Shown here: piece by piece, positions 1-12,762 of the stretch
Numbering within the stretch: position 1 is the first letter of the stretch
Layout of the letters: each line of letters starts with the position of its first letter
Program-made: the position numbers and the translations under genes
Notes under the pieces: model-generated
Seen by the model: the letters and a program-made list of their open reading frames with translations, nothing else
Told to the model about the DNA's origin: nothing
Database searches by the model: none
Assembly (NCBI RefSeq): GCF_009914755.1
Contig: NC_060930.1
Source: the human T2T-CHM13v2.0 reference genome, Homo sapiens
Reading direction: 5' to 3' (one strand)
DNA length: 64,000 nucleotides

Positions 1-47
1 TCTAAACAGATTCAATGTAACATACACTGAAAAACTGCATTCTGCAG

Positions 48-165
48 AAAAATTCTACCCCAATGGCTCCAAAGAAATCGTGTTTCCCAATGGGACAGTG
101 AAACATTTCAAGGATGGACAGGAAGAGACCTTATTTCCTGATGGGACAATCGTAAGGGTGGAAAG
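48..165 (+). CDS. TCP10L2: Penultimate coding-type exon of a TCP10-family gene (TCP/G-box domain, CENPJ paralogue); locus may be annotated as a pseudogene
   Basis: Acceptor ctgcag ends at 47 and donor gtcagt starts at 166. Translates (E)[38 protein letters not shown](R), with P[DN]G repeats like the CENPJ G-box. Phase-2 end joins the exon at 1161 in frame. Symbol inferred from orientation relative to the UNC93A copy. Confidence 0.8.
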
Positions 166-1160
166 GTCAGTAAAGTCAGACAATGCGAATTTGAAACATC
201 CCCAGTTTTTGTTTATTTAATAATTTCTTTATATTAATTTAAGTTTTTGCAAACATTTAAGTGCTTGTATTAAAAAAAAAGAAAATAATGTCATTGACTC
301 TAGAAGTTTTGTCTTATGGCCTTGATTTGAATCCCTTTACAGAGACCATGGGTTTCAAATGGACTTTTAGGTATTTACTTCACTGACGTTAGGTTCGTTT
401 GAATTATAACCGTAAAAATCACTCCAGTCTTCAGTGCTCACCTCAGACCACGTAGTCTAGAAGCCCGAGTCTATTGCAGAACATGTGCAAGCAAATGTTT
501 AAGGCACACCAAGGAAGAGCTCATCAGAGCTGCTATTTCAATGCTAGTTTGTGCAGAAAGTAAAGATCCACTCAGCTGCCCGAGGGAGAGTGTGGGAAGT
601 TGTTTTACACCTTCCCTGTCTTTCCTGATATCAAAGTGAACACAGATTGCTGTGGGCTGTGTCTCCTCGCTGCCCCGCCTCCGCCCTTTCTCTGAGGTCT
701 GAGGTCTCCCGCTCTCACCATTTCTCCCCTGGGCAATTACAATAGACTCCCCCAGCTTCCTCACAGCAGTCAGAACCTTCCCTGTCACCTCCGGGGCCAC
801 TTTTCTGAAATGATTCAATGTGTGTCTCTGTCACTCCCTGTGTCAACCCTGCCATCCCTCTCACCATCAGAGCCAGCTGTCAGCACAGGCTTCAGCCTGC
901 AGGTGAGCAGATGCGGCTGACCTCCCGCCCTGCCTCCTGGCCCTCCCCACCTGCCCTCTCTCACCCACACCGAGTTTCTGCCGATTCCCTGAGCCCCCCG
1001 TGCACCTTTCCTGCCCCTGCCCGTGGCCTTCTGCACCCTCATCTAACGAGATTTGGAAGGAGGGCTCCAGACCCGGGTGGGGGCATTATTCTGTGCTCCC
1101 CCAACCCCCACTGGCCTCCACCCTGGCACAGGCCGCCTTACCATGTGTTTCTCCTCTCAG

Positions 1161-1422
1161 GAACGGCGACAAAACCATTGTGCTCAGCAACGGGCAGAAA
1201 GAAATCCACACAGCCCGGTTCAAGAGGAGGGAGTACCCGGATGGCACCGTCAAGACTGTGTATTGCAGCGGCTGTCAGGAAACCAAGTATGCCTCCGGGA
1301 GGGTTAAGATCAAAGATGAAGCTGGAAATGTCGTCCTGGACGAGAAGCAGATGAGCCCTCAACACGCAGCATCACATGGGAAATGCCAATTGCAGATTTT
1401 TGCTAAAACAGACAAAAACTAA
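1161..1422 (+). CDS. TCP10L2: Terminal exon of the TCP10-family gene (G-box C-terminus)
   Basis: Acceptor ctcctctcag ends at 1160. Translates (R)[60 protein letters not shown]...TDKN*, TAA at 1420-1422. The [15 protein letters not shown] motif is shared with CENPJ. Confidence 0.85.
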
Positions 1423-1580
1423 TAACATATTAGCTGCCCTAAATGATCTTGGAGAGCCACCAAAACTTTAGGACTACCCAAGTCATCTAGAAATTGCAAA
1501 GGAAAAGACATTCTCTCCCCTATTTAGGAAACTTGGTTAGAGCAGCACACGTCAGAGAACAGAAGGCTCACAAAAGAACG

Positions 1581-4500
1581 ATTTCTTGTCTTCTGCTAGC
1601 TTTTGAATATTTTGCTCTTGCTTCTCTAGTTCTTTTAATTGTGATGTTAGGGTGTCAATTTTAGATCCTTCCTGCTTTCTGATGTGGGCATTTAGTATTA
1701 TAAATTTTTCTCATAACACTGCTTTAGCTGTGTCCCATATATTCTGGTACATTGTCTCTTTGTTCTCATTTGTTTCAAAGAACTTTGTTATTTCTGCCTT
1801 AATTTCATTATTTACCCAGTAGTCATTTAGGACCACGTTGTTCAATTTCCATGTAGTTGTGAGGTTTTGAGTGAGTTTCTTAATCCTGAGTTCTAATTTG
1901 ATTGCACTGTGGTTTGAGAGGTTGTTTGCTATGATTTCAGTTCTTTTGCATTTGCTAAAAAGTGTTTTACTTCCAATTATGCAGTCGATTTTAGAATAAA
2001 TACTATGTGGTGCTGAGAGGAATGTATATTCTGTTGATTTGGGGTGCAGAGTTCTGTAGATGTCTATTAAGTCTGCTTCATCCAGAGCTGAGTTCAAGTC
2101 CTGAATATCCTTGTTAATTTTCTGTCTCATTGATCTGCCTGATATTGACAATGAGGTGTTAAAAGTTTCCCACTATTTTTGTTTGGCAGTATATGTCTCT
2201 TTGTATTTCTCTAAGAATTTGCTTTATAAATCTGGGTGCCCCTGTATTGGGTACATATATATTTACGATAGTTAGCTCTTCTTGTTGCATTGATCCCTTT
2301 ACCTTGTTGCATTGATCCCTTTACCATTATGTAATGCCCTCCTTTGTCTTTTTTGATCTTTGTTTAAAGTCTGTTTTATCAGAGACTAGGATTGCAACCC
2401 TGCTTTTTTTGCTTTCCATTGGCTTGGTAAATATTCCTCCATCCCTTTATTATCTCACACGTCTTTGCATGTGAGATGCATCTCCTGAATACAGCACACT
2501 GATGGGTCTTGACTCTTTATCCAATTTGCCAGTCTGTGTCTTTTAATTAGAGCATTTAGCCCATTTACATTTAAGGTTAATATTGTTATGTGTGAATTTG
2601 ATCCTGTCATCATGATGCTAGCTGATTATTTTGCACATTAGTTGTTGCAATTTGTTCATGGTGTTGTTGGTCTTTATATTTTGGTGTGTTTTTTGCAGTG
2701 GCTGCTAATGGTTTTTTCCTTCCATATTTGGTGCTTCCTTCAAGAGCTCTTGTAAGGCAGGCCTGGTGGTGACAAAATCCCTCAGCATTAGCTTGTCTGT
2801 AAAGGATTTTATTCATTATGAAACTTAGTTCGGCTGGATATGAAATTATCGGTTGAAAATTCTTTTCTTTAAGAATGTTGAATATTGGCCCCCCACTCTT
2901 TTCTGGCTTGTATGGTTTCTGCAGAGATATCCAGTCTGATGGGCTGCCCTTTGTAGGTAACCTGACTTTTCTCTCTGGCTGCCCTTAACATTTTTTCCTT
3001 TGTTTCAAATTTGGAGAATCTGACAATTATGTGTTTTGTTGTTGCTCTTCTCGAGGAGTATCTTAGTGGTGTTTTTTGTATTCTCTGAATGTGAATGTTT
3101 GCCTGTCTTGCTAGGTTCGGGAAGTTCTCCTGGATCATATCTTGAAGTGTGTTTTCCAACTTGGTTCCATTCTCCCCATCACTTTCAGGGACCCCAATTA
3201 ATTGTAGGTTTGATTGTTTCACGTAGTCCCATATTTCTTGGAGGCTTTGTTTGTTCCTTTTCATTCTTTTCTCTAATCTTGTCTTCTGGCCTTATTTTAT
3301 TAAGTTGATCTTCGATCTCTGATATCCTTTCTTCTGCTTGATCAATTCAGCTATTGATACTTGTGTGTGCTCCATGAAGTTCTCATGCTGTGTTTTTCAG
3401 CTCCATCAGGTCATTTATGTTCCTCTCTAAACTGGTTATTTTAATTAGCAGTTCGTGTAACCTTTTGTGAAGTTTCTTAGTTTCCTGGCATTGGGATAGA
3501 ACATGAACCTTTAGCTCAGAGGAGTTTGTTATTATCCACCTACTGAAGCCTACTTCTGTCAGTTAGTCAAACTCATTCTCCATCCAGTTTTGTGCCCTTG
3601 CTGAAGAGGAAGTGTGATCATTGGGAGAAGAAGAGAGGCATTCTGGTTTTTGGAATTTTCAGCATTTTTGTTCTGTTTTTTCGTCATCTTCGTGGATTTG
3701 TCTACCTTTGATCTTTAAGGCCGATGACTTTTGGATGGAGTTTTTGTGTTGATGTTGTTGTTGTCGCTTTCTGTTTGTTAGTTTTTCTTCTAACAATCAG
3801 GCTCCTCTTCTGCAGGTCTGCTGCAGTTTGCTGGAGGTCCACTCCAGTCCCTCTTTGCCTAGGTATCACCAGCAGAGGCTGCAGAACAGCAAAGATTGCT
3901 GCCTGCTCCTTCCTCTGGAAGCTTCATCCCAGAGGGGCACCAGCCTGATGCCAGCCAGAGCTCTCCTGTATGAGGTGTCTGTCAACCACTGTCGGGAGGT
4001 CTCTCCCAGTCAGGAGGCATGAGGGTCAGGAACCCACTTGAGGAGGCAGTCTGTCCCTTAGTGGAGCTCAAGCACTTTGCTTGGAGAACCTCCTTGTCAG
4101 GATCTGCTGCTTTCTTCAGAGCCAGCAGGCAGGAACGTTTAAGTCCGCTGAAGCCACGCTCACAGCCACCCCTTCTTCCAGTTGCTCTGTCCCAGGGAGA
4201 TGGGAGTTTTATCTATAAACCCCTGACTGAGACTGCTGCCTTTCTCTCAGAGATGCCCTACCCAGTGAAGAGCAACCTAGAGAGGCAGTCTGGCCACAGC
4301 CACCTTGCTGCACTATGTTGAGTTCCACTCAGTCGTTACCACTGTGAGGGGAAAAACCACCTCCTGAAGCCTCAGTAATGGCGGATGCCCTTCCCCAAAC
4401 CAAGCTCCAGTGTCTTAGGTCAACTTCAGACTGCTGTGCTGCCAGAGAGAATTTGAAGCCAGTGGTGCTTAGCTTGCTGGGCTCTGTGGGAGTGGGACCC

Positions 4501-4996
4501 ACTGAGTGAGACCACTTGGCTCCCTGGCTTTAGCCCCCTTTGCAGGGGAGTGAACAGTTCTGTTTTGCTGAGGTTCCAATTGCCACTGGGAACGAAAAAA
4601 AAAAAAAAACCTCCAACAGCTAGCTCAGTGTCTGACTTAACAGCTGCCCATTTTTGTGCTTGGAACCCAGGGCTCTGGTGGTGTAGACACATGAGGGAGT
4701 CTCCTGGCCTGCAGATTACAAAAGCCATGGGAGAAGCGTAGTATCTGGACGAGTAACACAGTCCCACATGGCTTCCCTTGGCTGGGATAGGGAGGCCACC
4801 CACTCCTTGCACCTTCTGGGTGAGGTGACACCCCACAGTGTTTCTGCTCACCCTCTGTGGGCTACACCCACTGCCTAACCAGCCCCAATGAGATGAACAG
4901 GGTACCTAAGTTGGAAATGCAAGAATCACCCACCTTCTGCGTTGGTCTCACTGGGAGCTGCAGACCAGAGCTGTTTCTATCTGGCCATCTTGCCAG
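1581..4996 (-). mobile_element. LINE-1 (L1PA7/8-like): 5'UTR, ORF1 and ORF2 endonuclease part; 3'-truncated and decayed
   Basis: 5'UTR CAAGATGGCC YY1 motif near 4990. ORF1 ATG at 3687 (LQEIWDYVK, ENFPNLARQAN). ORF2 ATG at 2610 ([22 protein letters not shown]). Frameshifted; no 3'UTR or polyA; 22-bp internal duplication at 2281-2324. Confidence 0.95.
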
Positions 4997-5064
4997 ATCT
5001 ATCCTGCCTAGTTTTTAAACTAAACTTAGTCATAGGCGTGCATGCCTGAGAAATGTCATAGTGC

Positions 5065-5145
5065 ATACAGGGCTTGGTACTCTCTGTGGTTTCAGGCATC
5101 TACTGGGGGTCTTGGACTGTGTCCCTGAAGGATAAGGGGGGGTGT
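5065..5145. mobile_element. MER2/Tigger-type DNA transposon end fragment
   Basis: ggtttcaggcatctactgggggtcttggac...ggataagggggg resembles the MER2 terminus. Confidence 0.6.
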
Positions 5146-5559
5146 AATTGTGCATTTTCTGTATCTGTGTTATAATTCAATAACAAGTTTCAAAACTGAA
5201 GTGCACACATTGCAGGTGAAGAAGAGCATTTGGAGTTATTACTGTTAACTAGCGTCTTAGTAGAAAAGCATCTGGGCCAGCAGTTATGAAAGCAGATTCT
5301 AGTCCTATGTCTTCCACTAGCCAGCTGTGTGGCTTGAACAAGCCACTAACCTGCATGATTATTCTAGTGTTCCTCGTAAATATCATGTGAGTAATTTGAA
5401 CTACAGTTACTGTAACGCCCAGTCCTTCCCGATCCCCAAATCTCTCCCTGGGTCAGGACCCTTGACCTCCACATTGCACTCCAGCTGCTGCTTCCTTTCT
5501 GGGAAACCCTCCAGGAGGGGCTGGGCACCCTCACCAGCCACACTTTTTACCTGGTCTCT

Positions 5560-7262
5560 TTAGGCCGCTTGATTCAGGTCTTCATCCCCAAAGCGCCATC
5601 GAGCTGCTCTGGCCGTGGACACCAGTGACATGATCCCTGCTAGACCCATGACTCACCCTCAGTTCGTGTCTAAGCAGACATTCCAGCAGCAACCGATGTT
5701 GTCACCAAGTCAGTCTTTCTGGGATCACCTCTCGCTGGGCCCCGGGCTAGCACGAACTCTCGGGTCTTCCTTTATCTCACTGGTTGTGTTTCTGGCTCCT
5801 CCCCGTCTTCTGGACCTCTAAAGCCGGGAAGGCCCAAGGATTCCGATGACCACGCTTTGCTCTCCTCCATCCTCACTCCACACAGCCGGTCTCTTGACTT
5901 CCAATTTCCTGTCTCTCCAGATGGAATCTCCAGTAGGTGCCAGTCCTATGGATCTAACTGCCCCTCAACAAAACCACCTGAATGTCTGCTCACATGCAGA
6001 AATTAACTTACCCAGAACCAAACCTTGATTTTTTTACCCCACAAACCTGCTACTCTCTGAGGCTTCCTCAGTCTGAGTAAACGACCACTTCATTCTTCCA
6101 GGTCTTTGTTAGGCCAAAGGCCTGGAGCTTTCCATGGCTGTCTTTCTCTACACTGGCATCTCCCTAGACTCTACCTTTAAAGAACATCCAAAGTCTGACC
6201 ACCTCTCCTGCCACCATGACCACCCTGGTACAAGCTGCTATTGTTTCTTGCTGGGGCGATTTGAGAGCTTCTTAACTTAGCCTTTTTGTCTTACTCCTGG
6301 GCTGATGGTGTCTTCTCCATCTTGTAGCCAGAATGATCTTTTTATAAAGAAGTCACTTCATGCCACTCCTCTGATCAAGGCTTTCTAGTGGCTTCTGTAC
6401 TGGGATCAACAGTGTCCCCCAAAATTCATGTCTTCCCAGAACCTCAGAGTGTGACCTTTGGAAATGGGGCTGTTGCAGATGAGGTTAATCCAATATGACT
6501 AGTGTCCTTCTGTGGACACCAGTGGCATGAAGTTCCTCTTCTTAGAGGAACTAGACACAGAGACACAGAGGAGAAGGCTGAGCAAAGACACAGACACATG
6601 GGGAAGAGGCTACGTGGAGATGGTGGCATAGATTGGAGTGGTCCATCTACGGGCCAAGGAACACTGGGGATGGCCTGCAGCTCCAGAAGCCGAAGAGCCA
6701 GGAAGGATCCTCCCTTAGGGTTTTCAGAAGGGCCTGGCCCTACTGCCATCTTGATAGAATTCTGGCCTCTAAGCTGTGAGAAGTGAATGAATTCCTGCTG
6801 TTTTTGCCACTCAAATTTGTGGTGCTTTATTATGACACCCTAGGAAATGAATACGGGTTCCCATGTGGCTCAGAATAAAACTTAAGGGCCTTACCTCGGT
6901 GCTGGGCCCTGTGCGATCTGGGACCTCTCCATGGGCCTCCTCTCAGACCTCAGCCCCCCCTTTACCTCCCTGGCTTTCCCGCTGGGTGCTGCAGCCTCTC
7001 CCACCACCTCGTCAGAGGAAGCAGTGTTTCTGCCCTGCACACAGCTGTGCCATGTCTGTCCTCATGCCCTCGCCCTATTCCATTGCTCTTCCTGCCTCTG
7101 GCCACCCACAAACCGATTTTACATTTTTTTCTGTAGAATAGAAACTTATTGAGAACAAAACATTGCTGTTTAAAGCCTGCTTGATTCACTATATCTAGGT
7201 CAATGTGTGGCACTTAGCAAATGCTTCACATTAAGTACATATTTGTTGGATGAATGAATGAA
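5560..7262 (+). mobile_element. Degenerate L2 element interrupted by an MLT1 LTR
   Basis: L2-like segments and a typical L2 3' end tttgttggatgaatgaatgaat at about 7242-7263. Confidence 0.6.
6396..6854 (+). mobile_element. MaLR solo LTR (MLT1C-like)
   Basis: tgtactggg...tgtcccccaaaattcatgtc...gtgacctttggaaatggggc...ctaggaaatgaatac termini. Confidence 0.8.
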
Positions 7263-10201
7263 TATCCTAATTTGCTTATTAGATAATTTTCTTGCATGAT
7301 GAGAATGAGACCTGCTTGGAATTTGTTGGGGTTAAGGATGGAAGTGGAACAGATAGATGAGGTCTCAGGAAAGGTTGCTGCAAAAACAGAAATCACAGTT
7401 GCCTTCTGCAGGACTGGGCAGGTGAGGGAGGAGTGAGGGGACGGCCCTGGAAGGGGGCTGGCCTGGCGGGAAGGCCCGGGAAGGAGGGACAGGGGTGGTG
7501 GGTGGGGCTTTCTCCTGTACTTGGAGGCCGAGTGAGATCCATGGCTCAGTATTGAATGGGAGGTTCCCGAATCTGCTTCTCCTCAAGGCCTCTGTGCTCT
7601 CCTCGGAGCTGAGTGTGTGGACTGTGCAGCTCATCGGATGTGCACACACACACACGGGTGCTCATGGGCACACTTCCAAGTTGAACAGGTAAACCCTCTG
7701 GGTTTCAGGGCCATATTTTCAAAGGCCCACCCTGTCATTGGTGCCCTTTCAGGCCATGGCTGGAGATGAAGCAAAGCCTGCACTGCCAGCAATGGGCAGG
7801 AAAGAACTATTCCCTAAGGAAGGAGGCTTCCTATTGCCCACACGCATCAGGACAGGCAGACGGAGGCGTCATGGGAGATAAATAACTTGCTTTGCGTTCC
7901 CGGTGTGAGACTTTACCTTCCAAAGCGGTCTGGTCGAACGCCTCTGTAGATTTTTGTTTTGTCTTATTTTTGCAAACAGAATGACTAAGGAAAGGGAGGG
8001 AGTCAGGGACTGAGGGAGGGCGTGTCGCGTTGGGAGTCGGACAGATGCTCTCCAGACAGGGATAGTGAGTCAGGCACAGGAGGGAGCAGAGTGGGACATT
8101 TGCAACGTGGGTAGGATGGAGGCTTTGTAGTCACCAGGGGAAACCCACGGCGGCGTCTGTCTTTCACCACAGGAGACTGTTCTCTGCCCATGCACGTTCC
8201 TTGAGGCCACGGTACAGCCCCTGTCCACCAGGGCACCACGTCTCCGGCCGCTGCTCCTTTGTGTGCCGGTCTGGCCGAGCAGGGGCCTGGGCAGGCAGTC
8301 TCGGGGGAAGGAGCGTGGCTGGCCCCGTGGCACCCGCAGCTCTCTCAAGAACGATTCCCGCCACACACGTGCTTCCTTCTGGATTTCCTACCCCTTCCAG
8401 GGTGCTGACCCCATGGGAAGAAAGGGGGAAGGAGGAAGGAAGACAAGTTTCCTGATTCCTTCCCCAGACTCAGGTCTTCTTTCAGCTGGCGTGATCTGTC
8501 CTCGGGACGCTAGGAGAAGGTGGGCTGGGAACTTCTGAGAGAACATTCCAGAGGGACTGGAGTGGGGCCCCGGGGACTCAGGCAGCTTTGACTTGGGCCT
8601 GGAAATGAACTTGGGAAAAAGAAGTAATGTCTGTTTGTTATTTGGCTGTGAAGCTGGAACAGACTCAAGTACCTTGACAAAGGCCAGACACCTCAGTGCT
8701 TTGGAGCTCTCCTGCGGGTTAGCTATCTCGGCATCACGGCTTTCACTGGGGTGAGGTAGCGATGAGTCACTGACTAAACAGACCCAGGCTAGGCGGGTGC
8801 TACAGAGGCCCCAAGCCCAGGCGTGGACGGCCCTCATCTCAGGAGGGTGCACACTCCTGGTCTCATTAGCAGACCTTGCTCACACACGTTCAGAGAATCA
8901 CGTTCCAATGAGATCATTGCAGTTAGCAAAGATCACAGTCACCAAACAGCCGTAACAACCCATCAGAGAAGAGTGTCCACTACACTCGCTCCATGTTTTT
9001 TGGCCGGGGACCCACATGAAAATCCCCTTACATTTTGGGACCTAGAAAACGAATCTCTTTCTTGATGCTGGCAGGCCTCTTTTCATCAAAACTGATTATT
9101 TTATAATTTGCATTTATTTTTCTGCCGTGGCTGCCAGCAAGCTCAGGGCTAATCTTAGAATGCAATAGTAACTGCAGATGGGCAACAGATCTGGGTCAGC
9201 GGCACCCTCCCTGTCTCTTCATTATATGCTCTTAACGTTTTAATTTCTATATTTAAGGGCTTTCTTATAGATAGATCTTTAGATTTTAGAAAATTTTGTA
9301 TAATATATTGTGGCATACATTATATTTTTTAAAAATCTTGCCTTCATCAAATCTCTGATCAAGTAAAAACAGGGCACATTTGCCTCTGAGTCCTGGGAGT
9401 TGGGCCATGGAAACTTAAGACTGATGAATGAAATGTTATGAAAGCTTAGAAGAACGCACTGCAGTTCAGGGATTGACAGAAAAGCACTGCATTTTAAGCT
9501 TGGTTTAGGGGATAGCTGTTCTTATTGTTCCCTTGTATAGCTCTTGATAGCACTTTGTGATACACACTGTTTTAATTTTTCTTTGTGAAGTAGGAATATT
9601 CCCAGTTTACACACTGAATACTAAAAAGAGTGAGGTTAACTAATTTGCTTTGACACAATGGAAAGTGAGGCTCCTATTAAGAGTTTCACAAATTGGACCC
9701 TTAACCTGGAAACTGGTTAGAAAGGTTTTGTGATCAAAGTGACCTGGACGCACCAGCAGTCATGTGAAAACTAGAGAGAGAAACTATTTTTTCTGTAGTG
9801 TGTAGATGTTCTGATTGAAATAAATGCTATCTGGAGACCCGAAAAACCAAAAATTTGCTTTGAAGTCCCGTTACTGTTCAACTTTCCCGCTAAGCACGTG
9901 CTGGGCTGGCAATACTGATACGACCCAGGGACCCAGCCACACACCCTCCCCCCGGGACCAGGAAGAGATTAGAATCTGGTTTGCTCTTTCTCTAGGCTCT
10001 CACCAGGGCACTTGGGCGCAGCCACAAATGCTTCAGTTCCAAAATGCAAAGGATGAAGAAATCAGAAAAGTCCCCAATGCCACCGGCCACCTTTAGGGAG
10101 AGCCTGGCTGTCCAGACAAGATGCAGGTCAGGTGCATAGCAGTGGGGTAGTGCTGTGTGTTGAGGGCATCTGCGTAGCTCTAGCTGGCTGCTCCCAAAAA
10201 C

Positions 10202-10402
10202 CAGACCCTCCATCGAGCTCGATTGAACCCCCCCAGTGACTCGGAGGAGGCTCGGGCTCCTGTCACACAGACCCTCCGTTGAGCTCGATTGAACCTCTCC
10301 AGTGACTCAGAGGAGGCTTGGGATCCTGTCACTCAGACCCTCCGTTGAGCTCGATTGAACCCCTCCAGTGACTCAGAGGAGGCTTGGGCTCCTGTCACAC
10401 AG
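10202..10402. repeat. 66-bp minisatellite, 3 copies
   Basis: The unit cagaccctcc...gagctcgattgaac...cagtgactc...cctgtcac starts at 10202, 10268 and 10334. Confidence 0.95.
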
Positions 10403-12124
10403 AGTCTGGCACTTTCCTGTAAGCATCAACATCAGCAGAACACGATCATGGCTCAGTCTCTGAGCAGAATTCTGATGATCCTGCAACCCCAACTGGACTC
10501 TTCTAAACTAGCAAGCTCTCTGTCCCAGGAGCACTTGGAGAGGCTGCCCTGCTCCACCTCACTTCTGAACGGCCGGCTGGAGCCACACAGACGCACACTG
10601 GTTTGGACACGTGCACACGCACTCCCCAACTCCTCTCACCTCTGGGTCCTCCCCTCCAGCCTTAGGCCCAGGGCTCACTCCTTAGTGCCCCCCACACCTC
10701 ATGAGCAGGCCTAGTTCATTGTCTCCAAGACATTCTGCAAAGGCCTCACTACCCCCGAAGGTCTAAGGAGTTCCTACTGACTTAGGGTCTACAGGGTTCA
10801 AAATGCTCTGAGCAGACTGAGAAACCAAAGACCAGTTCCAAATAAGACTTATCCTGAGGAGCACCAGGAGTGCCCATCATCAATTCACAAAATCCTAAAC
10901 CTCCAAATGGAGGGGACGTGACATGTTACCTCACCCTCGATGAACGCCCTCTACACAAATACCCTAGCCAGTCTTGACTCCTTTTGACATGACCCTGTTG
11001 TGGGAGCTGCAAAGACCATCATGGATCCCACAAACAGGCATGGCGCTGGGCAAGACGGCCATGGATCCCACAGACAGGGATGGCACCAGGTAGCCCATGG
11101 TGCATGGCGGGAAAGGGGAGGGCAAAGCAGGGCAGGGATTAGAGAGTGCAGAGGCCCAGCTTTAGGAAGCTGGTTGAAGCCTGCAAAGAGTTAACGGCAT
11201 TCCACTGGGTCTGGGAGGATAAACGTGGTTTGGATAGAGACACAGGAGCAGCAGGAGCGAAGGGCCCACAAGGGAAGGACCTCGGTATTTAACAGAAGCA
11301 TTGGACAGAGAAGTCTGGTGAAATGGACGGAAGGCTAGAGAGGCAGCTGGGATTAACTCACAGAGGCCTGGACTGTCCCAGCCAGGGGGTAAGATTGTGC
11401 TCTTTAGATGGGCGCTGGAGGGTGAAGTGTCCTGTGCTTTAGCAAAATCCCTCTCTTGATAGCTCAGATGGAGGAGAGGACAAGCCCTGCATGGAGGACA
11501 GTCAACCAGGAAGCAACTGAGAGGAAATGGAACGGAGGCGGAGGATCCAAAGACAGGAGGAGGGATGGCAGTGCCTGCTCCCTGATCAGCCAGGCTGGGG
11601 AGAGGGCAGCACGCCCCAAATGAAGGGCACGTGAGGCTGGGTGACAAGAAGAAGGCTGCTGGTGGTCAGAGACACTGGGCTATCAGGGGAATTCTAACAG
11701 GTGGGAGAAAATGCACAGCTCGGCGTGGGGCAGCTTGAGAGGTAACATTCGAGAGGCCAGGAGGCATTAGCTCGTGGCAGCTGCACTTTTCTCTGCCTTT
11801 GATCATCGCCTGTCTGGGCACCTGGCTGTCACTGACTGGAAGGAGAAAAGGCCAGGGCCGGGTGGCATTTGCTCCCCCTCCCATGGTCAGAGGTGGCCAG
11901 TGGCCTAATGAATTAGGGTGAGTGAAGGAAGCATTTGGAATTTCATGGAGAGGCCCATTTCCTTCCACACATATGAAGCACCTGCTAGTGCTGTGTAATA
12001 GACGCTAGAAAGCTGAAGTTCCAGGAGGAGGAGATGCTTGTAGAAACAATAAATGAACAACATGCAGGTGGGAGAGCCACAGACAAGACCTAGAAGGTTT
12101 AGAGGAAGCCTCAGTGTGAACCAA

Positions 12125-12435
12125 AGAGGAAGGGGAGGAAGAGGAAGGGGAAGGGGAAGGGGAAGGAAGCAGCTTAAGGTTAAAGGAACAAAAGAGAAAC
12201 AAAGCTCCAGGCACACATGCTGGGGAGGGCCGGGGAGGCCAAGGAGAGGCAAGGGAGAGGCCAGGGAGGGCTGCAGAGTTGGGGGAGGGTAGGAGAGGGG
12301 CAGGGAGGTGGCTGAGGGTGCCAGGGGGAGGGCCCGGGAGGGAGGTGTGGGTGGAGGACTGAAGGGGGCCAGTGAGGAGGGGTGCTGGAAAGGGTGCTGG
12401 GGAGGGAGGGGTCTGGGAAGGGCTGGTGAGGGTCA
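12125..12435 (+). repeat. Purine/G-rich low-complexity tract
   Basis: (GGGGAA)n at about 12126-12169, then many GGG runs to about 12432. Confidence 0.8.
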
Positions 12436-12756
12436 GAGGACCCGAGCATATTGGACAAGGAAGAAGCCTTGGAGATCAGTGGCCAGCAGCGCTGCTAGGA
12501 AGAACAAGGGAGAGAGGAGACCAGGTGCCAAGGGACAAGACGATGACTGTGAGATGGGCAAATATCACTCAACCCATGCCCGGCACCATTTTCCATGTTA
12601 ACAGACACGTGTAGCATCTTCACCTGAAATGCTCTCGAAGGTCTGCGAAGGCCACAGCACACTAAAGCACTGATGTGATGAAGTGTGTGTGTGTGTCTAT
12701 GTGAGTACTTAGCACAACAGTACTTGGGCAGGAGGTAAGTCCGTTAAATAACCGTC

Positions 12757-12762
12757 TTTATT
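12757..12762 (-). terminator. Polyadenylation signal AATAAA of the UNC93A-derived terminal exon
   Basis: tttatt on + at 12757-12762, about 540 nt past the stop codon. Confidence 0.65.

Noticed and set aside
818-1354. ORFs 818-1354 and the N-terminal part of 1000-1422
   Set aside because: Intronic or alternative-frame read-through. Only 1161-1422 has family homology and a proper acceptor.
7900-8370. CpG-rich patch as a duplicated TTLL2 promoter or first exon
   Set aside because: No TTLL2 N-terminal sequence found. Only a lone minus-strand donor-like site near 7917, which is insufficient.
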